Counted from the first letter of the stretch, positions 40,540 to 49,150 are shown. The stretch is DNA of 53,655 bases from Acidobacteriota bacterium (GCA_037440125.1 JBBIUU010000009.1:1-53655), one strand, 5' to 3'. Notes: generated by a model not told the origin, from the letters alone. Translations and numbers: made by a program.

Positions 40540-41582
40540 GCCCGCGGACGAAGCGCTGGCTGACGTGGGTCGTGAGCCTGGGCCTGACGGCGGCCCTGCT
40601 CTACTACTTCCTGCGGAGCATCGACCTGAAGACGGTCTGGGGGGAGATCCAGACGGCCTCCTCCGACGGGGCCTCGCTCAGCTATCTCCTCCTCGCGGTC
40701 CTCCTCGAGGTCCTGTCCGTGTTCCTCCGGGCCTATCGCTGGCGCTTCATGATCCGGTCCGTCAAGGAGCGCATCCCCTTCGCGCCGGTGCTGAAGGCCA
40801 CCGTCGTGTCCTTCACGCTCAGCCGCGCCGCCGAGGTGGCCAAGCCCTTCTTCCTCTCCCGCTGGCAGAAGATGCCCTTCACGCCCCTCCTCGCCTCGGT
40901 CGTCCTCGAGCGGGGCATGGACCTCCTCGCCCTCGTGGCGCTCTGGTTCGGCTTCCTCTTCTTCGGGACCGCGGGCGTGGCTGCGGACGCGGACGCCGCG
41001 CTGGACACGCTGAGCAAGGTGTCCTACCTCATCCTCGGCGCGGCCATCCCGGTGGGGATTTTCCTCCTCTGGCTCGTGCCGCGCCGGCGCATCCTGGACC
41101 GCATGGCGAGGCGCAGCGCGAGGCTTGCGCGCTACCCCCTCATCCTGTCCGGCTTCCGCCTCGTCCTGCGTTTCGCGGGCGGCCTGGGGACCTTCCAGCG
41201 CAAGCGGGACATCCTCTGGGTCTACCTCATCTCCCTCGTGACGTGGGGCCTCATCACGGGCTCCTGCTGGGCCATCCTCAAGGCCCTCATCCCCGGCATG
41301 CCGCTGGGGGCCTCCGTCCTGCTCCTCGTGTGCGCCTCCGCGGGGGCGGTCCTGCCCACGCCCGGCGGCGTCGGGTCCGTGCACGCCGGCATCCAGTTCG
41401 CCCTCGTGACCTTCTACGACGTGTCCCAGAACGAGGCCGCCACCGCGGCCATCCTCGGCCACGCCATCATGTTCCTGCCCGGCATCCTCTGGGGCCTCCT
41501 GTACCTCGCCTTCGGCCGCGTGCGCTTCACCGAGATCAAGCAGGCGGCGGGGACCAAGGGCGGCGAGGGGCGGGAAGAGTAG
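40536..41582 (+). CDS. Flippase-like / lysylphosphatidylglycerol synthase TM-region family membrane protein (UPF0104)
   Basis: GTG start forms a GTGA overlap. About 8 TM helices. Characteristic RAYRWRF and TPGGVGSVHAG blocks. Confidence 0.8.
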   Translation: MSPRTKRWLTWVVSLGLTAALLYYFLRSIDLKTVWGEIQTASSDGASLSYLLLAVLLEVLSVFLRAYRWRFMIRSVKERIPFAPVLKATVVSFTLSRAAEVAKPFFLSRWQKMPFTPLLASVVLERGMDLLALVALWFGFLFFGTAGVAADADAALDTLSKVSYLILGAAIPVGIFLLWLVPRRRILDRMARRSARLARYPLILSGFRLVLRFAGGLGTFQRKRDILWVYLISLVTWGLITGSCWAILKALIPGMPLGASVLLLVCASAGAVLPTPGGVGSVHAGIQFALVTFYDVSQNEAATAAILGHAIMFLPGILWGLLYLAFGRVRFTEIKQAAGTKGGEGREE

Positions 41583-41622
41583 ATCGTCCTCGACCCCGTT
41601 CCCCATCTCCCAGGCCCCATCC

Positions 41623-41667
41623 CACCCCATCCGGCGTGGGAGAGCCCCGATACCCCAACCGCTTGAT
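41623..41667 (+). repeat. Copy 1 of a perfect 45-bp direct repeat
   Basis: caccccatccggcgtgggagagccccgataccccaaccgcttgat is identical to 41902-41946. Confidence 0.95.
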
Positions 41668-41901
41668 TCCCGGATTTTGCGCTTTAGGGAGGTGGTCATC
41701 CTCCATTGGGCCCCAGCAAAATCCGGGTGCTCCCGAGCCAGAAGGCGAAGGGAGCCCCAAGGGAGGGGTGAGGCTCCATCGGGCTCTGCCCGTGGAGCGG
41801 GGCCCCGGGAGGGCATCCCTCGGACCGTCGGGTTCATCCCGCGGCCCGAGGGGGGAGCGAATGGCCCTCCCCGTTGAGGGACGGCGACCTTCACCTTGCC
41901 A

Positions 41902-41946
41902 CACCCCATCCGGCGTGGGAGAGCCCCGATACCCCAACCGCTTGAT
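41902..41946 (+). repeat. Copy 2 of the perfect 45-bp direct repeat; its 3-prime end supplies a -35-like TTGAT
   Basis: Identical 45-mer located 279 bp downstream of copy 1. Confidence 0.95.
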
Positions 41947-41970
41947 AGGACAGCGCGGTTACCTTAGACT
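41942..41970 (+). promoter_or_regulatory. Candidate sigma70-type promoter of nrdR
   Basis: TTGATA, a 17-nt spacer, then TAGACT. AGGAGG and the ATG at 41989 lie appropriately downstream. Confidence 0.35.
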
Positions 41971-41988
41971 TGACCCCAGGAGGCTCCC

Positions 41989-42456
41989 ATGCGTTGCCCG
42001 TTCTGCGGTTTTGCCGAAGACAAGGTCGTCGATTCCCGCGAGGTGTCCATGGGCGACTGCATCCGGCGCAGGCGCGAGTGCCTGGACTGCCACCGCCGCT
42101 TCACCTCCTACGAGCGCATCGAGACGGTGCCCTTCCGGGTCGAGAAGAAGGACGGCCGGCGCGAGAAGTTCGACCGCGACAAGCTCATGAACGGCCTCCT
42201 CAAGGCCTGCGAGAAGCGCCCCGTGTCCACCTCGGCCCTCCAGGGCATCGTGGAGGAGGTGGAGAGCCTGCTCCAGAATTCCCCGGACCGCGAGATGACC
42301 ACGCGGGACATCGGCAACCTCGTCATGGAGCGGCTGAGCGAGCTGGACCAGGTGGCCTACGTGCGCTTCGCCTCGGTCTACCGCCAGTTCGGCGACATCA
42401 GCGAGTTCCTGGAGGAGGTCCGCCACCTCCTCGAGCCGCGCAAGCGGGGGTCGTGA
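41989..42456 (+). CDS. nrdR: Transcriptional repressor NrdR
   Basis: MRCPFCG....VVDSR.........RRRRECL.C..RFTSYERIE zinc ribbon followed by an ATP-cone. Confidence 0.95.
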   Translation: MRCPFCGFAEDKVVDSREVSMGDCIRRRRECLDCHRRFTSYERIETVPFRVEKKDGRREKFDRDKLMNGLLKACEKRPVSTSALQGIVEEVESLLQNSPDREMTTRDIGNLVMERLSELDQVAYVRFASVYRQFGDISEFLEEVRHLLEPRKRGS

Positions 42457-42908
42457 TGCGCAACCTGCTGTCCTCCTTCGTGGAGCTCGTCCACCTGCAG
42501 TCGGAGATGAACAAGGTCTTCGAGGCCCTGCAGGAGATCCACGAGGGGGAGGCGGGACCTGCCGAGCTCGGGTTCGCGCCCGCCTACGACATCCTGGAGA
42601 CGGCCGACGCGGTCCTCGTCGTCGTGGACCTCCCGGGCGTGTGTCCGGGGAGCCTCAAGGTGGGCGTCCAGGGCGGCGTGGTGACCCTCGAGGGCGACCG
42701 GGAGCGCAGCCGCACGCGTGGCATCGTGGCCTACCACCTCATGGAGCGCGACCGGGGGCCCTTCCTTCGGCGCTTCCGCGTGGAGGGCGCCATCAACACG
42801 CACAAGGGGGAAGCCTCCTACGACCGCGGCGTGCTCACCCTCAGCTTCCCCAGGGTGTCCAACCAGCGCGGCCAGGCGGTCGTCATCCCCGTTTCCGTCA
42901 AAGGATAA
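42456..42908 (+). CDS. Hsp20/alpha-crystallin family small heat-shock protein
   Basis: The ATG overlaps the nrdR TGA by 1 nt. PAYDILETADAVLVVVDLPGV......V.V..GVVTLEG.R...........ER..G.F.R.F.....I........Y..GVLTL.FP. Confidence 0.9.
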   Translation: MRNLLSSFVELVHLQSEMNKVFEALQEIHEGEAGPAELGFAPAYDILETADAVLVVVDLPGVCPGSLKVGVQGGVVTLEGDRERSRTRGIVAYHLMERDRGPFLRRFRVEGAINTHKGEASYDRGVLTLSFPRVSNQRGQAVVIPVSVKG

Positions 42909-42914
42909 CCAGCC

Positions 42915-45320
42915 ATGCCTAAAGAGAGCCCTGCGGCCCCGGCAGTGCCCGGGCGCCTGCCCGTCCTGGAGGTCGAGGAGCGCGCCGTCTTCCCCTTCGC
43001 GCTCACCACGCTCAGCGTGTCGCTGCAGGAGAGCCGGCCCCTCCTCGAGGAGGCCCACGAGGCCTCCGACCTCCTCGCCATCTTCCCCGTGCCCGCGGGC
43101 GCGCGCCGGCCCCAGGCAGGCCCCGGCGTGGTGGCCTCCGTCCTGCGCCTCGGCGCCGGCCCCGGAGGCAGCGGGCAGCTCCTCGTCCAGGGCGTGTGCC
43201 GGGCCCACCTCACCCTCGGGCGCCGGGGCGGCCCCGTGCGCCACGCCAAGGTCCGCGTCCTGGGCGAGGTGGCGGCGCCCGCCGCCAAGCTCGCGCTGGC
43301 CGCCCTGCGCCGAGCCGTCCTCGAGCGCCTCGACCAGCTCTCGGGCACGCCCCGGGGCGTGAGCGCCGAGGTGCGCGAGTTCCTCTCCACGGTGGAGGAC
43401 CCGGGCCGCTTCTCTGACCTCGTGAGCGCCCAGCTCGACCTGCCCTTCGCGCAGGCCGGGACCCTCGTCGCGGAGCCCGACGCGGAGGCGCGGCTCAAGG
43501 GCCTCCTGGGCGTACTGGGCACGGAGCTCGAGATCCATGCCCTCCAGGAGCGCCTCAACCGCCAGACTCGCGACGAGATGGACAAGCGCCAGCGCGAGTA
43601 CTTCCTCCGCCAGCAGCTCGAGGCCATCCAGGCCGAGCTCGCGGGCGGCGAGGGCGGCGCGGGCGACGCCGAGAACGGCTACCGGAAGAAGCTCGAGGCC
43701 CTGCCCGCGCCCGAGGAGGTGAAGGCGGTCCTCGAGAAGGAGCTCACCAAGCTGGGGCGCCTCAGCCCCTTCTCGGAGGAGGTGAGCCAGCTCCGCGCCT
43801 ACCTGGACCTCGTCTTCGACCTGCCCTGGGGCGTCCACACCGCGGACAACCTGGACCTCGCCAGGGCGCAGCGCGACCTGGACCGCGACCACTACGGCCT
43901 GAAGAAGGTGAAGGAGCGCATCCTCGAGTACCTCGCCGTGGCCAAGCTCCGCGGCGCGCACCCGGGCACGCTCTTCTGCCTCGTGGGCCCTCCCGGCGTG
44001 GGCAAGACCTCCCTCGGCCGGGCCGTGGCGCGCACCCTGGGGCGCCGCTTCGTGCGCATGTCCCTGGGCGGCGTGCGGGACGAGGCGGAGATCCGAGGGC
44101 ACCGGCGCACCTACGTGGGCGCCATGCCGGGGCGCATCGTCCAGGGCATCAAGAACGCGGGGAGCGTGAACCCCGTCTTCGTCCTCGACGAGGTGGACAA
44201 GATGGGCTCGGACTGGCGCGGGGACCCGTCGTCCGCGCTCCTCGAGGCCCTAGACCCCGAGCAGAACCGCGAGTTCGTGGACCACCACCTGGGCTTCCCC
44301 TTCGACCTGAGCAAGGTCATGTTCATCGCCACCGCCAACACGCTCGAGGGAATCCACCCCGCGCTCATGGACCGCCTCGAGGTGGTGGAGCTCCCCGGCT
44401 ACACCGAGGAGGAGAAGCTCGCCATCGCGCGCAGCCACCTCCTGCCGCGCATCCTGGAGTCCCACGGGCTCAACGGCGTGAAGGTGGAGCTGCCCGACGC
44501 CACGCTCTCGGCGCTCATCCGGCGCTACACGCGGGAGGCGGGCGTACGCAACCTGGAGCGCGGCATCGAGGCGCTCTTCAGGAAGGTGGCGCGCAAGGTG
44601 GCGCAGGGCGGGAAGGGGCCCTTCCGCATCGAGGCGGGGGACCTGGTGAGGTACCTCGGCCTGCCGAGGTTCATGGAGGAGCCGCACCTCTTGGCGGACC
44701 GCCCCGGCGTGGCCACGGGCCTGGCGTGGACCGAGACGGGCGGCGAGGTCCTCCACGTGGAGGCCACAGCCATCGCCGGCTCGGGCTCCCTGACGCTCAC
44801 GGGCCAGCTCGGTGAGGTCATGCGCGAGTCGGCCCAGGCGGCGCTCACCTACATCAAGGAACACCTGCACGAGTGGGGCCTCGATCCGAAGGCGCTCGCG
44901 AAGATGGACCTGCACATCCACGTGCCCGAGGGCGCCATCCCGAAGGACGGCCCCTCGGCGGGCGTGACCATGGCCGTCTCCATCCTCTCGACGCTCACCG
45001 GCAAGCCGGTGCCGAGGGACATGGCCTTCTCCGGCGAGATCACCCTGCGGGGCGCCGTGCTCCCCGTGGGCGGACTGCGGGACAAGCTCCTCGCGGCGCA
45101 GCGCCACCGCATCCGCACGGTCTTCCTCCCCGCGGCCAACCGCCACGAGCGGCGCGAGCTTCCCACCTCCGTGCGCAAGGACCTCGAGCTCGTGTGGGTG
45201 AAGACGGTCTCCGACGTGTTCAAGCGCGTGATCCCGAAGGCCGGGAGCAGGAAGCGGGGCGCGGGGAGCGGAAAGGGCAAAGCGAATCCGCCGAAGGCGA
45301 AAGGCGGAAGGCGCAAGTAG
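42915..45320 (+). CDS. lon: ATP-dependent Lon protease
   Basis: LON N-domain, Walker A GPPGVGKTSLG, HRRTYVGAMPGRI, and protease domain DGPSAGVTMAVSILS. Confidence 0.95.
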   Translation: MPKESPAAPAVPGRLPVLEVEERAVFPFALTTLSVSLQESRPLLEEAHEASDLLAIFPVPAGARRPQAGPGVVASVLRLGAGPGGSGQLLVQGVCRAHLTLGRRGGPVRHAKVRVLGEVAAPAAKLALAALRRAVLERLDQLSGTPRGVSAEVREFLSTVEDPGRFSDLVSAQLDLPFAQAGTLVAEPDAEARLKGLLGVLGTELEIHALQERLNRQTRDEMDKRQREYFLRQQLEAIQAELAGGEGGAGDAENGYRKKLEALPAPEEVKAVLEKELTKLGRLSPFSEEVSQLRAYLDLVFDLPWGVHTADNLDLARAQRDLDRDHYGLKKVKERILEYLAVAKLRGAHPGTLFCLVGPPGVGKTSLGRAVARTLGRRFVRMSLGGVRDEAEIRGHRRTYVGAMPGRIVQGIKNAGSVNPVFVLDEVDKMGSDWRGDPSSALLEALDPEQNREFVDHHLGFPFDLSKVMFIATANTLEGIHPALMDRLEVVELPGYTEEEKLAIARSHLLPRILESHGLNGVKVELPDATLSALIRRYTREAGVRNLERGIEALFRKVARKVAQGGKGPFRIEAGDLVRYLGLPRFMEEPHLLADRPGVATGLAWTETGGEVLHVEATAIAGSGSLTLTGQLGEVMRESAQAALTYIKEHLHEWGLDPKALAKMDLHIHVPEGAIPKDGPSAGVTMAVSILSTLTGKPVPRDMAFSGEITLRGAVLPVGGLRDKLLAAQRHRIRTVFLPAANRHERRELPTSVRKDLELVWVKTVSDVFKRVIPKAGSRKRGAGSGKGKANPPKAKGGRRK

Positions 45321-45364
45321 AATTCGGAACTCGGAAGGCGGATTTCGGAAACGACGGAAGAGGA
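45319..45364 (+). repeat. Degenerate (GAAnnCG)n heptamer array immediately after the lon stop
   Basis: Units read gaattcg gaactcg gaaggcg gatttcg gaaacgacg gaagagg. Confidence 0.6.
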
Positions 45365-45379
45365 TCGAGCTAGACGAAA

Positions 45380-45400
45380 GGCCGCGGATCGCCCGCGGCC
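45380..45400. terminator. GC hairpin between convergent lon and the DUF4388 gene; possible bidirectional terminator
   Basis: Stem ggccgcgg, loop atcgc, stem ccgcggcc (8-bp perfect). There is no clear U-tract. Confidence 0.35.
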
Positions 45401-45463
45401 CGATTCCTTACCCACGCATCTGCTCTCGCCAAAAGCAGGCGGCTGATCGCTGAGCGCTGCCCC

Positions 45464-46699
45464 TCAGTTCTCCGCCGACGACACCATCATGTCCTCGGGG
45501 ATCTCGCCCCGCTTGTCCCGTGCGGCGAGGGTGTAACCGTTCTCCGTGACCTGGTAGATGAGCTGGTTGCCGTAGGGGTCGAGGGTCAGGGCCCTGGTGA
45601 TAAAACCGGCGCGCACGAGCTCGTCGAGGTTCGCCGGAACCTTCCCGCTCCTGAGCTGGAAAAGGTGGATGGCCTTCGTCACCTCCTGCAGGCGGATGCG
45701 CGACTCGAGCACGAGGCGGTCGCGGCGGTACGGGCTGTTGGCCCACGGCAGGTAATCGAGGGGGTGGAAGGGCAGGAGGACGACGGAGACCAGGAGCCAG
45801 AAGGAGAAGAGGACGCCGATGACGCGGCCCAGGGACTCGGGGGACACGGTCCGCCGGGCCTCCTCGGGCGCCTCCGCCGCTGTGGGAAGGACGGGTCGGA
45901 TGAGCTGGCGGTTGAGGAGCTCGAAGAGCGCCTTGCACGTCTCGAACTCGTTCATCCCCGAGCGGTCGATGATCTCCTGCACCGTGAAGACGCCGTTGAC
46001 GTTCTGGTAGACGGCCATCTCCTCCTGGGAGAGGCGCACCGCCGCACCCTCGGGCTGGGGCGACTTGGGCAGCGAGGACTTCGGGCTCACGGTGCCGAAG
46101 AGCGCCGCGTCGTCGAGCGCGGGCACCTCGGCGCGGGTGTCGAGCATGGGCGGCGTCGGAAGCGGGATCTTCTCGAAGACCTTGTCGAAGGAGGGGATCT
46201 TCTTCTCGATGATGGGCCACTCGTCGAGCATCCGGATGCCTTCCATCAGGATGCTCTCGGCCGCCATGGGCGTCACGTTCTCGCGGTCGTACTCCACCTG
46301 GTCGTGGGGCTCAAAGTTGTAGTCGCCGTTCCGCCAGCGGAAGAGGCGGAAGATGGTCTGCTGCATCTGGATCGTGAGGGCGCCCCGGAGGCTCGAGGCG
46401 TCCACGTAGCCCTCGGCCACGAGGATGTACCCGAGGCGCTGCAGGGTCTGCTTCTGGATCTCGAGCGCCTTGGTGAGCTCCTCGCGCGAGATGCGGCCCG
46501 TCTTGACGAGGACGTGGCCGAGGCGGTCCTCGAGGCGCTTGTTGAGGGACTCGGCCCCCACCACGCTCCCCTCGAGGAAGGTGACGGTGACCACGTCGGC
46601 CTCGTTGCGCAGCGTGAGGTAGCCGGTCTTCTTCTGCAGCGCGATGAGCTGGAAGATGTCGGCGAGGCTGAAGTCCTTGAGGGTTCCCGCGAGAGCCAT
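45464..46699 (-). CDS. DUF4388 (PATAN-like) domain protein with a TM helix and a C-terminal GspG-like pseudopilin globular domain
   Basis: The N-terminal GTLKDFSLADIFQLIALQKKTGYLTL is a DUF4388 hallmark. TM helix VIGVLFSFWLLVSVVLLPF. The C-terminal EVTKAIHLFQLRSGKVPANLDELVRAGFI....LDPYGNQLIYQ...NGYTLAARDKRG follows the T2SS GspG pattern. Confidence 0.8.
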   Translation of the reverse strand: MALAGTLKDFSLADIFQLIALQKKTGYLTLRNEADVVTVTFLEGSVVGAESLNKRLEDRLGHVLVKTGRISREELTKALEIQKQTLQRLGYILVAEGYVDASSLRGALTIQMQQTIFRLFRWRNGDYNFEPHDQVEYDRENVTPMAAESILMEGIRMLDEWPIIEKKIPSFDKVFEKIPLPTPPMLDTRAEVPALDDAALFGTVSPKSSLPKSPQPEGAAVRLSQEEMAVYQNVNGVFTVQEIIDRSGMNEFETCKALFELLNRQLIRPVLPTAAEAPEEARRTVSPESLGRVIGVLFSFWLLVSVVLLPFHPLDYLPWANSPYRRDRLVLESRIRLQEVTKAIHLFQLRSGKVPANLDELVRAGFITRALTLDPYGNQLIYQVTENGYTLAARDKRGEIPEDMMVSSAEN

Positions 46700-46702
46700 G
46701 GC

Positions 46703-48697
46703 CTACCCCCTCGCGACCTGGCCGAACCGAGGGGGCTCGCGCCGGAGAGCCATGGGCAGGCCGAAGCCCACCCAGATCAGGATCATCAGGACGACGGCCA
46801 GGACCGTGGCGGCCGACCGCAGGGCGCCCGTTCCCACGAGAGGCGGGAAGGTGAAGGGCAGGGCGTAGGCCCCGAGGGCCAGGCCGCCGAGGCACCCGCA
46901 CCAGAGGAACAGGATGAAGAGGGCGGCGAAGGGGCGGCCCTCGAAGAGGTGGCCCGCGCCGGGCGCGATGACCGACAGGATGCCGCGCTCGATGCGCTGG
47001 ACCCTGTTGTACTGCTCCACCTCGTAGTTCTTCTTCAGCCGGGCCTCCGGAGAGACGCCGTCCTGCTTGATGAAGAGGTGCACGCACTGGGAGCAGAAGG
47101 ACTCGAACTCCAGGGAGGTCTTGCACCGCTGGCAGAACGGGCGGCCGCACTTGAAGCACGCGTGGGCGGTGAAGCCCGAGCGCTTCCAGAGGGCGAGGCC
47201 CACGAAGATGAGCCAGAAGAGCACGGCCCAGAGGGAGAAGGCGGGGCGCAGGGCGCGGATGGCCGGCGGGCCCGAGAGCTGGAGCGTCCCCGACAGGCTT
47301 CCCGGGCGGCCCGTCTCGAGCTTCAGGGCGATGCTCCGCGTGAGGTCCAGAGGCAGCCAGCTCGGTACGGGCCCCCAGTCCTCCGCCTGCTTGAGCTTGC
47401 CGCCCCTGAAGAGTGACTTGTCGAGGTTGCGGGCCTTGTCCGAGTCGTCCTGGGCCCCCGTGAAGTCGAAGAGCTTGGTCTCGGCGAGGGACCGGTTCAG
47501 GTAGGCGATCGCGAGGTCGGGCTTGAGCTCGATGGCCTTGCTGAACTGCTGGATGGCCTCCTGGTACCGGTTCTCGTAAAAGAGGATGCACCCCAGGTTG
47601 TTGTGCACCGAAGCGTCGTCCGCGCCTTTGGTGAGGAGGGAGCGGAAGAGGCTGTCGGACTTCGCGTAGCTGCCGTGGAGGAGGTACCGGCTCGCCAGGA
47701 GGTAGGTGTAGGTCCTCTGGAGGTCGTCCCCGGGCTGCATGTGAGCCGAGAGCGTCGCGTCCAGGCCCACGCCGATGCGGTTCGCGTAGCACCGGAGGTT
47801 GGAGGCCTGCGGCTGGCTCGTGGCGAGGAAGGCCTCCTGTTGGCAGTGCACGGCGAAGGAGCCCGAGCCCACGAAGAGGGCGATGGCCATCAGGGTGGCG
47901 ATGCGCTCGGGCCAGCGCGCGTAGAGCATGAAGACGCCGGCCCAGTAGACAATCCACCAGTAGCCCGCGAGGAAGATGAGGCTCGGCAGGAAGATCCCCA
48001 CGATGCCCGCCCAGAGGACCAGCTGGTTCTCCTGGCCGCCCAGCCACTCCTGGATGTCGTGCCGGAGCTGCGCCTGGTACTTGGCGAGGAGGACGAGGGC
48101 GAAGATGGCGAGCACGAGGATGGACGTGACGCGCAGCCAGAGCGCGAGGTTCGAGAGGGCGATCCACCGCGAGTCGGGGTCCTTGAAGGCGAGGAAGAAG
48201 GCCGCCACCACCTCGTAGCCGAAGTCCGCGGAGAAGGTGCCCTTCTCGCGGCGGGCGGCGTCGGCGAGGGCCAGGTGGACCAGGGGATGCTCGGGGTCGG
48301 AGGATTCGGCGTACCGGCAGAGCTGGGCGAACTCGGCGGACTGGCCCCGGGCCCGGGCTTCGAGGCCGGCGGCGACGAACATCTCGGCGGCGTCGGGCGA
48401 CGGCCTCAGGCCTCGCTGGATGCAGAAATCGGTGAGCTCGGCCACGATCTGCTGGCGGTCCTCGGGCATCGGCGCCGCCTCGAAGGCCTTGAGGTACCTC
48501 ACCAGCGTGGACTCGTTGTTCACGTCCACGACCTCCTCGTGGGAGGAGGTCATCTGCTTGGCGACCTCGTTGGGGTCGAGGTGGATGGCGGGCCCCACGG
48601 CGGGCTCGGCGCCCCGGCGCTGCTGCGCGAGGGGGGCGATCGAGGCCGCCAGGGCCAGGATACAGAGGAGGACGACGACGGTCGTTCTTCTGCTCAC
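46703..48697 (-). CDS. Polytopic membrane protein with TPR repeats and a Cys4-type zinc-ribbon
   Basis: GTG start. Signal/anchor segment. Central TM bundle. TPR units (NNLGCILFYENRYQEAIQQFSKAIELKPDLAIAYLNR). CFKCGRPFCQRC...CSQC. C-terminal TM helices. Confidence 0.8.
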   Translation of the reverse strand: MSRRTTVVVLLCILALAASIAPLAQQRRGAEPAVGPAIHLDPNEVAKQMTSSHEEVVDVNNESTLVRYLKAFEAAPMPEDRQQIVAELTDFCIQRGLRPSPDAAEMFVAAGLEARARGQSAEFAQLCRYAESSDPEHPLVHLALADAARREKGTFSADFGYEVVAAFFLAFKDPDSRWIALSNLALWLRVTSILVLAIFALVLLAKYQAQLRHDIQEWLGGQENQLVLWAGIVGIFLPSLIFLAGYWWIVYWAGVFMLYARWPERIATLMAIALFVGSGSFAVHCQQEAFLATSQPQASNLRCYANRIGVGLDATLSAHMQPGDDLQRTYTYLLASRYLLHGSYAKSDSLFRSLLTKGADDASVHNNLGCILFYENRYQEAIQQFSKAIELKPDLAIAYLNRSLAETKLFDFTGAQDDSDKARNLDKSLFRGGKLKQAEDWGPVPSWLPLDLTRSIALKLETGRPGSLSGTLQLSGPPAIRALRPAFSLWAVLFWLIFVGLALWKRSGFTAHACFKCGRPFCQRCKTSLEFESFCSQCVHLFIKQDGVSPEARLKKNYEVEQYNRVQRIERGILSVIAPGAGHLFEGRPFAALFILFLWCGCLGGLALGAYALPFTFPPLVGTGALRSAATVLAVVLMILIWVGFGLPMALRREPPRFGQVARG

Positions 48698-48707
48698 GGC
48701 GAGGGCC

Positions 48708-49124
48708 TCACTGCGGCCGCTTGGTGCCGGCCTGGGCGTAGATCATCTTGAGCTGGAAGAGGGCCTCCTCCAGCAGTTGCTTCTCCGGCGGCGCGAGGTT
48801 GCCTCCGGTCTTCTCCTGCAGGGCTTCGAGGAAATCGATGAAGAGGTTGGCCGCCTGGAGGTCCACCGTCCCGCGGACCCCCGAGCGGGGGTCGCCCATG
48901 CCCAGGCTGAGGGCGCAGTTCTGGGCGAGGTACTCCACCAGGTACGCGAATGCCTGGTTGGGCTTGGCGTCCGTCGGGGCCGGGGGCGGGGGCTCGGGCG
49001 CGGCGGGCGGCTCCGGGGCGAGCGGCTCGGGCGGCGGCGCGTCGGCGCCGGTCCGCCTCTCCCCGTCGGAGGTGAACTTTCGCCTGTCGAGGACCTTGAT
49101 GGTCTCTTTCGGCTGATCTTCCAA
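48708..49124 (-). CDS. DUF1844-like small protein
   Basis: Pro-rich N-terminal half followed by F..LV..LA.....LG.GDP........VDLQAA...IDFLEALQEKT.GNL...E..LLE..L..LKM.Y, as I recall for DUF1844. Confidence 0.65.
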   Translation of the reverse strand: MEDQPKETIKVLDRRKFTSDGERRTGADAPPPEPLAPEPPAAPEPPPPAPTDAKPNQAFAYLVEYLAQNCALSLGMGDPRSGVRGTVDLQAANLFIDFLEALQEKTGGNLAPPEKQLLEEALFQLKMIYAQAGTKRPQ

Positions 49125-49150
49125 GGAGCCTCCGTAGTCTCAACATAGCA

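Noticed and set aside
41828-41845. T-loop-like cgggttcatcccg, examined as a possible tRNA fragment.
   Set aside because: The loop is only 5 nt. No acceptor, D or anticodon arms can be drawn around it.
41669-41900. Known riboswitch (e.g. cobalamin) or housekeeping RNA (SRP, 6S, RNase P, tmRNA) in the structured segment upstream of nrdR, and likewise in the gap 33660-34247.
   Set aside because: I could not find the diagnostic conserved boxes: the B12 box, the SRP GGAA tetraloop context, the RNase P GAGGAAAGUCC, or the tmRNA tag/acceptor end. The 33895-34016 element is present in two copies, which argues against a single-copy housekeeping RNA.
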